64,000 nucleotides of DNA from Rhodosorus marinus CCMP1338 (taxonomy: Eukaryota; Plantae; Rhodophyta), in contig JAMWBK010000001.1 of NCBI GenBank assembly GCA_029953675.1, positions 1,550,001-1,614,000 on the forward strand, given 5' to 3'. Each line of letters starts with the position of its first letter. Within the stretch, counting starts at the first letter, position 1. This document shows, in pieces, positions 43,397 through 53,281 of this stretch. Below the pieces are notes generated by a model. That model saw only the letters and a program-made list of their open reading frames with translations. It searched no databases and was not told where the DNA came from. The translations under genes and the position numbers were made by a program.

Positions 43397-43605
43397 ATGG
43401 AGGGAAATGCTGGGGATCGTTTGATTCTAAAAGCATTCCTGAAATGCCCCCAACTAGAGTCGTACGAAGGCTACAGACGATGGGCAACTCATGTCAAGTC
43501 ACGTTTGGACGCTTGTCGGTTGACAAAACTGGTTTTTAGGGATGACGAGGAGATTGTGGACAAGGATCGGTTGTCATTAGTCGGAGCGTGTGTAAAACTC
43601 ACGCT
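43397..43605 (+). pseudogene. Copia gag N-terminal fragment
   Basis: LESYEGYRRWATHVKSRLDACRLTKLV resembles the copia gag N-terminus; truncated by a gypsy fragment. Confidence 0.6.
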
Positions 43606-43609
43606 TCCC

Positions 43610-45560
43610 TGGAATGCGTCGTACCTCGTACTCGAACTCGACAAGTTTCGCGGGGAACCGCGTCATGCTTCGCGATGGCTGAGCCACTTCCTTTTTCGGT
43701 GAAGACCACCGTCTTCAATCCTTCCAGGTAATGGCGCCATGTCTCGAAGCAGTCTACTACTGCTAGCATCTCCTTCTCATGCGCGGGGTACGTAAGCTCT
43801 GCACCTTGCAATGTACGCGATGTGAAAGCCACCGAACGTCCTTCCTGCACCAAAACCCCTCCGATCCCCTCCCCAGCGGCATCGGTTGTGACCTCAAACC
43901 CGCTAAGGCGGGGACCGGTTCCGAGGTCACGGCAGACATCAGTTGCTCGAAGGTCCCCAAGATCTCCTCCGTAATCTGGAAAGGTATTTCCTTCTTAGGC
44001 AGTCTCGTGATAGGAGCCGCTCTAGCAGAAAAACCCTTCACAAATCTCCGGAAATAAGAGAGCAGCCCCGTTATCAAGCGCACCCTCGCCACATTCTTCG
44101 GAAATCTCAACTCTGCTTAGCACAGTCCTCACGTGTTGATAGTGCTGAGTCTCATCTGAACTGAATATTAAGATGTCATCCAGGCACACGACAACACAGC
44201 GGCCCAGAAACTCCTTCAGCACTTCCGTCATATTTTCGAAAAGTAGGAGGGTAACGAAGTCAACCCAAAGGGTGCTACCCTACACTGGACTTTACTAGCA
44301 TAGCCTGAAGCGCTACGCAAGGCGTGAAGATGAACTAATAACTAGGGAGGGAAGCATGCAACCCCAGGCGCCGATGGCGCGCCTCGGAAAGCATGGCGCT
44401 GGAATATCGCCAAAAGGAGACACTTAAACGCCTCAAGAGCACCAAATATTCAGTAGGATGCTCAGCAAAACATTTCCGCAACCACTCTAAACCCGACTTA
44501 TCGACGTGACCAAAGCTTTCCACAATGAATGGCTGGAACCGGTGAGAGCGACCCTCAGCGCAAGGCAGACTGGCCATGCTCTCAGCATACCGTCGTTCCT
44601 TAACTCTTCGAAGGGCTGAAGCCGCGGCCCCCCGGCGGCGGGCGGCTGCGGTGAGGTGGGCGCTGGCCACGGGGCAGGTAATCGCAAGGTCCACATATGT
44701 TGAGCGTCTGGCAGCAGCGTCGGAGACGAGGAGATCGGCTATACAACGGGGCGGTGCAGAGTCCGAGATGGATCTGGGCAGTTCCGACTCAACCTCAACC
44801 GTATGCCCTATCCGAGTCAAAAATTCGCTGAGGATGTACTTGAGGCGAGTGTGACGCCTCGTACGGAGACCTCGCAACAGTCCGCAGGAACCCAGGAAGT
44901 GGTAGCCACAAGCGTCAATCCGGCTCTCACATCCCTGACAGAAAGACGGCCGAATAGAGTGCCACGGAGCCTGTGGCAAACCGAGATAGATCCGTGCGGC
45001 AGAACGGAACTGGAAAGCATCGAGACGATGACTCAATGACGACGGTAGAGTGGTTAACCACAAGTGCGAGAGGTGGCCTCCCATGCCGCGGAGACGAGCG
45101 GCAGTGGTAGGCGGCGTGAGAGGAGAATTGAGCATGACTGTGTGAGCGGCACTGTGTTGGCCCCAGGTGAGGCTATGTTGAATCACATCAGCGCGGGAGC
45201 TCCACAATCGGCTCAAATCCGGATAGTCTGCAACAGGGGACCCGGGGCTAGCCTCTCCGTCATCGGCAAGAACTCGGTCGAGGGGACAATCCTCAATCGC
45301 TTCAGCTCGTCCCCATAACAGCTCCCTCCAGGAACGAAAGCGGGACCGACCCTACACTCGAAGTGCCAAATTCGCACATGAAAGCCGTCTTCGGAATGTC
45401 GGCTTCAGCGACACGCATCTGCTACTCCGAAGATCCAACTTTGTGAAGACCCTGTCCCTCGCCAATGGATCGAAGAGTTGGTAGATCCTGGGCGATGGGT
45501 ACATCAAACGGCGTGTGACCTTATTCAGGAGGCTAAAGTCTACACATCTGCGAAGTTCAT
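43610..45560 (-). mobile_element. Decayed Ty3/gypsy RT-RNase H fragment, interrupted by a family A insertion
   Basis: ELRRCVDFSLLNKVT..FTKLDLRS..KTAF (45560-45350), PFGL..VVVCLDDILIFS, GLLSYFRRFVKGFS, VAFTSRTL..TYPAHEKEMLAVV (44286-43610). Confidence 0.9.
44287..45348 (-). mobile_element. 5'-truncated family A element (1062 bp) with a 10-bp TSD
   Basis: TSD ACCCTACACT at 44277-44286 and 45349-45358; RLE ORF 44335..45216. Confidence 0.96.
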
Positions 45561-45975
45561 CTCGCGCTGAGGGTCGCTCCCACCGGTTCCAGCCTTTCAT
45601 TGTGGAAAGCTTTGGTCACGTGGAGAAGTCGGGTTTGGAGTGGTTGCGGAAATGTTTCACTGAGCACCTGTTAAATACTTGGAACTTTTGCGGCGTTTAA
45701 GTGTCTCTCTGTGGCGATATTCGAGCAGCATGCTTGCCGAGGCGCGCCATAGGTTGCGTTCTCACGCAATCTTGCTCAACTCTCCCCTCACACCGCATAC
45801 CACCGCCGCTCGCCTCCGAGGCATGGGAGGCCATCTATCACATTTGTAGTTAACGACCCTGCCGTCATCACTGGGTCACCGTCTGAATGCCTTCCAGTTC
45901 CGCTCTGCCGCACGGATTTACCGACGAATGGTTTAATCGGAGGCTGAAAGAAAAAACCCCGAGGGGAAAAAAAGA

Positions 45976-48900
45976 CTAAGTGCGGCGAAGAACTCGCGCC
46001 TCCAACATCAAAGCGCCATTCATGCGCCACAGCAGGAAACTTAAGCGGGTAAACAACGATTGAAGACGGTCAGGGCGTTCGCGGAACAACTCCCGAAGCC
46101 AGCGAGAACCAACAGAGTCCATGAACCCAAAGCACTCAATGATCAGGGGTACCAAGCGATGTGCTAGTGCAGAAGCACGAACACCAGGGGATGACAAAGC
46201 CCCCGCGTATTTGATCTATTTGCGGCGTCTCATGCTGGCGGCGGCAGATCCACGGCGCTCCCCCGCAGCCGGGAGATAACGACTAGCTTGAGGGTTAGGA
46301 ACAGCAAGATCAACGTATGTGGTACGGCGGCTGTCGTCACAGGTGATCACCAGGTCGGCTACACGGCGTTCATCATTTTGAAAGTCCGCGACGGGTAAAG
46401 GTTTCTCACGTTCGATTTCCAGACCGGCTTGCCGGACTATAGGCCGAAGTTCCCGGTATAACAGGTTCAAGATCCGTGTATGGCGGCGGGTTCGAGCACC
46501 TTTCACCGCAGGGCAACTAGCGAGCAGGTGGGCGCCAAAATCTGCGTTGTCTTCAGTCTGAGAGCAGAGAGGGCACGACGAACCCATCTCGTACGGCCAG
46601 GGGGGCTGATGTAAACCGAGGTATAAGCGCAGTGAAGTACGCACTTCGAAATCCGACAGTGTGAGTGGCGGAAAGGCTGGTACGGTCATGAGCCACTGAG
46701 AGCTAATAACCCCTCCAAGACTACGTAGGCGGGCGCGAGCGCGAGAAGATGAGACCATCTGCGCGAGGAGTCGGCCATATGCAGCACGGTGCAAGTCCCA
46801 AGAAAGGATATTTTGCAGCGCATCCGTACGTGCTTGAGCTCGGCTCCCAGCGCGCTGGGAATCATCAGGAGGATCAACTGGAACTTCTTCTTCTGCGGCA
46901 ACCACTGGGTCAATCTCCCCTAGAACAGGTTCAGGCGCAGGACGAATCCCCGGGGCGGAGCCTCGAGAGCGGTCAAATACAGCTCGCCAGTCAGGAAGAC
47001 GGGGTTGAACGGTTTCGGGGAGGCTAGTACAGGAATTCAGGGCGGTTTGGAGCTCCAGAAACAAGTCTTGGGCGCTTTCCGGTACGCTGGGAAGCAAGAC
47101 ATCCCGCGAGAGGCTCGCCATCAAATTGCGGAACTTCGAGATACCCAAACTGCTCAAAGTGGGAAGTGCGGTTCCCCAGGCCCCTACTGCGGCTGCGGCT
47201 TGGACCACAACACGGTTGCAGAGGCCCAGTCCCCCCAATCGCAATGGGAGGCCTACCTGGGCGCGCACAACATCACAGGTGGGTCGCGACAGAGAAAATA
47301 CCCAAGGTCACGGAAACTTTCAGCATCCGCACGAGTGGCCAACCACCGGCCCCAATGAGTTGGAAGTGAGCGAAGCCAGTAGGTTAACCGCTGACTGCAA
47401 CAATACCGAAACAGCAACAACGAGCATTGGAGAAAGCCCGGAGGTAGCCGTCGAAGCTCTGCAACCAGCTGTCTGTGCTTACCGAGGAGCTGCAGCAACT
47501 CGCCTTCAACGAAGGACGGCGACCCGTAGGGGATGCCTAAGTGGACAAAACCATCCGGTCTCCAAATATCCTGGAACGACGCAGGTACCTGCTGCTCTCG
47601 TGCAGCTACACCTCCCCAGTAGAACGATTTGTGATGATTAACCTCCAAGTCAACCCGCGAAGCCAAGGAGCGGAGACGATCATAAGCGAGCGCTAGAGTA
47701 TCGGGGGGCCCCGGGAGGCACACGTCGTCGTGGTATGCAACCGTACGAACCTGCGGGAATTCGGAGCGAAGACAAAGCAAGACGAGTTGTAGTCCACGGG
47801 CATGTAGGAAAGGGGACAAGGGATCACCCTGTTGTACCCCTGTGCGCGCCGCAAACGTGTGTGAGGAAGCGCCAAGGGTATCATAGGTAGCCCCACGACC
47901 AAGCGGAGAATAAAGTCTACTAACAAAGGGAAAGCCTACAGGGAAGACTTCGCGCACCACGTGCATGAGAGCCGGACGAGAGACGCGGTTGAAGGCATTG
48001 GTAAAATCTACGGAGAGGAGCCCAGAATCTGGGGAGTACGCCATTTCCGAACGGAGTAAAACAGACAACAACTCACAGCCACCACGATAGCCCACGCCTA
48101 ACTGCACGTGCCCAAAGAAACGGCGGGATTCGGGAACCAGGATTTTCACTAACCATCGCGCCGCCAATTTGCGGACCACCTCAACCAGGCCAATAGGGCG
48201 AATAGCAGGGCTCGAGGCCGTGTGGCCGGGCTTCGAAAGCAGACACAACTGCGAACGCCCGACCAAGAACCACGCACACTCACACAGGGGATCACCATTC
48301 ACAAGCGCTTCGACCACCCACGCCAACGCCTTCAAACCTTCATCACTTAAGAAACGGAGATATTCCACCCGCAGCCCCGAGGGCCCTGGGGAACGGCCCT
48401 TCGGAGCATCATGAACCAACTCACGCACCGCCTCCAGATTGACCACTAACCGCGCACTGGGATGTGGCGCGGCGCGGTACTCTTCCAACACTGATTCAAA
48501 CGAGGAGTCCCAAGGGGAGCCTTCCGAGGGAAAGAGCAAACGGAGCGGTGAAGAAAGATCATCGGAGTATGGAACCACAGGTTGCCGCTGCTGGAGGATC
48601 CCGGCTGCCCGCCGCAGATCACCGCCTGCCACCGCGTGACGCGCCCGATTCTGTCGAGAAGACCTAAAAGCTGAGGGAGCACTAGGAGAAAAGGAAGAGA
48701 GAGAAGCGAAATAAAGACGTTCGAGGTCCTCAAAGTCGCCGGAAAGGAACATTTGCAGTTTTCGGCGAGGATGGACCCGGCGAGGATGTGGGTTGAGGGG
48801 GACGGTAGAGGAGGTGAGCACGAGGCGGGGAAAAAAGAACAAGAGTTCCCAGCGAAGAGAGCAGTGAGGGTTCGCGGCGACCTGCTGCCAGAGAAAATCC

Positions 48901-49100
48901 AACACCAATCCTAGGGGCTTATGAAGTCGACGAGGGAGCCGTACGGCCGTGCTCTGACGACAAAGGGGAAGGGAACCGTCCGGGTAGGAGGCGACAAGGT
49001 GCGAAAACCACGAGAGAACACGCTCATGCCAGGCTGAGCGGTCACTGGTAAACAGGGGTAACCGGGACGACACGCACGCGGAGGAAGAAGACTCAGACAT
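45976..49100 (-). pseudogene. Family B ORF2 (RT-CCHC-RLE) with one frameshift (about 47270) and one stop (46216-46218)
   Basis: QLGVGYRGG, VDFTNAFNRV, GVQQGDPLSP, AYHDD, CPLC..H..C, VADLV..YVDLAV. TAG occurs where the copy at 15060 has GAG. Confidence 0.88.
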
Positions 49101-50391
49101 CGGGCCTCCCCTCAGTCGGGAAGGCAGATCGAATATCCGGAGGAGGTGCCTCGGAGGGAGGCTCAGGAGCCGCACGACGCTTACGTGGAGGGCGCACGAA
49201 GGAACTAAAAGACCTGAAGAAAGTAGACACAGGGTTTTCAGCAGCGGAGTCTTGACTGAGGGTGTCCAGAGCCAGCGGATTCGGAGAGGCCGATGGTGCT
49301 CCTGCCATGTCGGTGTCACGAGCCTCGGAGACAGGGCGAGGGGAGGAAGGGTGCTCAAGAGTCGGCGGCAGAAAGTCAAACGCAGGGTGGGCTTCCAGCA
49401 GGGTGGCCTCAGTGGAGAGGAAGGCCTCTAGCGCGGTGCGGAGGACCCCGCGAGGAGGAAAACGCGCGAAGAGGCTCGCCTGTATGCGCGAGAGCCGCGC
49501 CGCATGAGTGTGTAGCGCGACAACCGAAGCCTGCGAGGCATCCAGGCTTTGCAAGGCCGACGGAGGAACCCAGCCGGCGTCAAAACGATCGAACTCGACA
49601 AACAAAGAGACATGAGGACGAGTCAGTATCATGTTGGCCAGAGCAGAGCGCTGGGGCGCGGGGGTGGTTACAAGCGATTGAAGGAACTGGTAAGCCGAGT
49701 CAGTAACAAGAAAACAGGCATGAGGGCCCGTGAAGTCCACATATAGGAATTCAGACGGGGCGACCCCAAGGGAGGAAGCCATGGTGTCGCGGAAATCGCG
49801 GTAGTGGACGGGCGCGCGGCCCCGACCACGAGAGGGGGTCTGGGGACGCACGTTCGTCATCCAAACAAAGTGGAACGGAGATAGTTGGCGAGAAGAGTCA
49901 ATAGGGATGTGTTGTGGCATCATACGCACCATTGCCGTCGTGCGTTGTTCAGAAGAGCCCCTGCGTAGGACCTGCGAATAGGTCGCACGTGGGGCACTGG
50001 AGGGAGCAGGATTCGGGCCCGACGCGGGCCCAGGAGGCGTCTGTCCTTGAATAGGGGTAGGCCAGTCGGAATCAGGAATGACCGGAGCGGAGCGCTCGGG
50101 TCGGGTGGAGGCAGGCCCCGCTGTACCGTGCGGATCCGCGGGGACGGGCACCGGGGGGTATGGGGCAGGCGCGGAGGCGGAGAAGCGCTCCAAATAGGCG
50201 ATCAGCAGGGGCAGGCGGTGTTCCTGGGAAGCAGTCACAAGAAGACTCGTCAGTTTCGAGCAGATCCCATGGGCTAACTCGTCAGCGCAGTCCGTGAGGG
50301 TGGCCGCGGTACTAAACCCGCCCACGCTGAGCTCCACGCGCGCTGAGAGAACGGCTCCGTCCGCCGGAATGGGTGGGGAAACCCCAACCAT
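49093..50391 (-). CDS. Family B ORF1 (432 aa), homolog of A ORF1
   Basis: Intact ORF. MVGVSP..RVELSVGGFS..KLTSLLVTAS and ATYSQVLRRG..FVWMTNVRPQT..RDFRDTMASSLG align with A ORF1. Confidence 0.85.
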   Translation of the reverse strand: MVGVSPPIPADGAVLSARVELSVGGFSTAATLTDCADELAHGICSKLTSLLVTASQEHRLPLLIAYLERFSASAPAPYPPVPVPADPHGTAGPASTRPERSAPVIPDSDWPTPIQGQTPPGPASGPNPAPSSAPRATYSQVLRRGSSEQRTTAMVRMMPQHIPIDSSRQLSPFHFVWMTNVRPQTPSRGRGRAPVHYRDFRDTMASSLGVAPSEFLYVDFTGPHACFLVTDSAYQFLQSLVTTPAPQRSALANMILTRPHVSLFVEFDRFDAGWVPPSALQSLDASQASVVALHTHAARLSRIQASLFARFPPRGVLRTALEAFLSTEATLLEAHPAFDFLPPTLEHPSSPRPVSEARDTDMAGAPSASPNPLALDTLSQDSAAENPVSTFFRSFSSFVRPPRKRRAAPEPPSEAPPPDIRSAFPTEGRPDV

Positions 50392-50804
50392 AACGATTGG
50401 AAGGTGTGAAAAACCGATTCCCTAACGAAACCCCCAAAAAGAGAACTTGTTCCCAACGTTTGCAACCAAAGAAAAACCACCACGACCTCCAAGGGGCGCT
50501 AGCAACCCCCAGCACGCACCACACCACTAGAAGATGCGGGGGAAAGTCTGCAGAAAGAAGCGCCTCCCACCGAAGAACACAATTGCGACTCAAAACCACC
50601 AAAAGCCAGCACCATACACCCTCACGAAACCAAAAACTACTCTGTCCGGGGAGTAAAAGAGGTGCTCCGCAACAGAAAGCAGTGCAAAATCTGAGCAAAG
50701 CGCGGTAAACGGGCGTGGCAAGCCACTAACCAAACATAAACCCCTCCAGAAAAATATTTGTAACAAAAGCATCTAAAATTTAGATGCATCAAGTTGTTAC
50801 ACTT

Positions 50805-51192
50805 GCGGAGATAAGTGCACGCGCCTGGGTGCCAGAAGCGCCTTCCAAGTCAACCTCGGAAGAAAACGTGCCGCAGCTGAGGCGAACACGGAGTCCCTCA
50901 CCTGGCAGTGCCTCCTTGGGAGGAGGCTCCGTCGAGCGCGGAGATATCCCTACCATCCTGAGGGAATGCGCAAAGGAAACGTTGCACCACCAATATGAAA
51001 CCGCACCGAGAGAATAATCGACCAAACCCAACCCAAATAGGAAAGGCCCCGCAACACACCCACCCGGAAGACAGAAGTAGTTGCAAATGCAAACGACGCC
51101 CCGCGGAAAATCGAGGGGAAGGCGTACCAGAGGAAGCGCTTCCCGTAAACGAACACGCTCGCGACCGAAAAAGAAACAAAACCCCAATCCTC
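50805..51192 (-). mobile_element. Isolated 5' end of family A (5'UTR plus start of ORF1)
   Basis: Near-identical to 452-838; stops at GCGGAGATAAG next to a palindrome. Confidence 0.9.
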
Positions 51193-51265
51193 AGCCAAAC
51201 AATCTAGTCATTTGATAACGTAGTTCCTTTTAACGGTCTGCGTAGCGCTGTAGGCTATGCTTATT

Positions 51266-52030
51266 AGCATAGCCTACAGCGCTACGCAGACCGTTAAAAG
51301 GAACTACGAACTAGGTAGGGAAGCGTGCCAACCCAGGCGCCGATGGCGCGCCTCGGCAAGCATGCTGCTCGAATATCGCCACAGAGAGACACTTAAGCGC
51401 CGCAAAAGTTCCAAGTATTCAACAGAATGCTCAGTGAAACATTTCCGCAACCACTCCAAACCCGACTTCTCCACGTGACCAAAGCTTTCCACAATGAAAG
51501 GCTGGAACCGGTGGGAGCGACCCTCAGCGCGAGGCAGGCTGGCCATACTCTCAGCATACCGTCCTTCCTTCACGCGGCGAAGGGCCGATGCAGCTGCTCC
51601 CCGGCGGCGGGCGGCAGCCGTCAGATGGGCGCTTGCCACAGGGCATGTAATCGCGAGGTCAACATATGCTGAGCGTCTGGCGGCAGCATCGGAGACGAGG
51701 AGATCTCCGATACAGCGGGGCGGTGCCCTATCCGAGACCGATCTGGGTAGTTCCGATTCCACCTCAACCGTATGCCCTACCCGAGTCGGACATTCGCTGA
51801 GAATGTACTTGAAGCGAGTGTGACGCCTCGTACGAAGACCTCTCAACATTCCGTATGAACCTAAGAAATGGTAACCACAAGCATCGATCCGACTCTCACA
51901 TCCCTGACAGAAAGACGGCCGATTAGAGTGCCACGGAGCTTGTGGAAAACCCAGGTAAATCCGTGCGGCAGAGCGAAACTGGAAGGCGTCCAGACGGTGA
52001 CCCAGTGATGACGGCAGGGTCGTTAACCAC
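51266..52030 (-). mobile_element. A' 3' fragment whose last 43 bp are duplicated as a fold-back (51219-51261)
   Basis: RLE ORF 51304..52032; perfect inverted repeat 51219-51261 / 51266-51308. Confidence 0.92.
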
Positions 52031-52032
52031 AA

Positions 52033-52620
52033 CTGGCTTTATTAGCATAGCCTACAACTGGCTTATTAGCATAGCCTACAGCGCTACGCAAACCGTGAAA
52101 AGGAACTAACTAGGCTTTACTGTACTTTACTGTACTTTACTGGACTTTACTAGCATAGCCTGAAGCGCTACGCAAGGCGTGAAGATGAACTAATAACTAG
52201 GGAGGGAAGCATGCAACCCCAGGCGCCGATGGCGCGCCTCGGAAAGCATGTCGCTGGAATATCGCCAAAGGGAGACACTTAAACGCCTCAAGAGCGCCAA
52301 ATATTCAGTAGGATGCTCAGCAAAACATTTCCGCAACCACTCTAAACCCGACTTATCCACGTGACCAAAGCTTTTCACAATGAATGGCTGGAACCGGTGA
52401 GAGCGACCCTCAGCGCAAGGCAGACTGGCCATGCTCTCAGCATACCGTCGTTCCTTAACGCATAGCCTGATGCGCTACGCAAAACGTAAAAAGAAACTAG
52501 GGACTAGGGAGAAGAGCATGATAGCCCAAGCGGCGGTGGCGCGCCTCGGCGAAAATGTTGAAAATACCGCCAGAGAGCGATACTTGAACGGCGGAGGAGC
52601 ATCAGATATGCTTCAGGTTG
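52033..52620 (-). mobile_element. Stack of short head-to-tail 3' ends (A', A', A, E-type)
   Basis: TAGCATAGCC termini recur at about 52053, 52068, 52151 and 52461; tail repeats at 52112-52150. Confidence 0.85.
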
Positions 52621-52670
52621 TTCGGCGAAATGCTTTCGTAGCCACTCCAAGGGGTGTAAGTGGAGAGCCG

Positions 52671-53276
52671 TCACACTCGCCTCAAGTACATCCTCAGCGA
52701 ATCTTTGACTCGGATGAATGAATGAATGGTTTAATCGGAGCTATGACTCGGATAGGGCATACGGTTGAGGTTGAGTCGGAACTGCCCAGATCCATCTCGG
52801 ACTCTGCACCGCCCCGTTGTATAGCCGATCTCCTCGTCTCCGACGCTGCTGCCAGACGCTCAACATATGTGGACCTTGCGATTACCTGCCCCGTGGCCAG
52901 CGCCCACCTCACCGCAGCCGCCCGCCGCCGGGGGGCCGCGGCTTCAGCCCTTCGAAGAGTTAAGGAACGACGGTATGCTGAGAGCATGGCCAGTCTGCCT
53001 TGCGCTGAGGGTCGCTCTCACCGGTTCCAGCCATTCATTGTGGAAAGCTTTGGTCACGTCGATAAGTCGGGTTTAGAGTGGTTGCGGAAATGTTTTGCTG
53101 AGCATCCTACTGAATATTTGGCGCTCTTGAGGCGTTTAAGTGTCTCCCTTTGGCGATATTCCAGCGACATGCTTTCCGAGGCGCGCCATCGGCGCCTGGG
53201 GTTGCATGCTTCCCTCCCTAGTTATTAGTTCATCTTCACGCCTTGCGTAGCGCTTCAGGCTATGCTAGTAAAGTCC
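52671..53276 (+). mobile_element. 5'-truncated family A 3' fragment directly upstream of copy A7
   Basis: RLE ORF 52722..53228; ends GCTATGCTAGTAAAGTCC; contains a 28-bp B-type insert at 52716-52743. Confidence 0.93.
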
Positions 53277-53281
53277 TGCTA

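Larger units (their letters stand above)
45925..50760 (-). mobile_element. Full-length RLE retrotransposon, family B
   Basis: T-rich 5'UTR (about 50760-50392, left edge approximate), ORF1 50391-49093, ORF2 49100-45976, 3' end CCGATTAAACCATTCG. No TSD seen. Confidence 0.92.
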
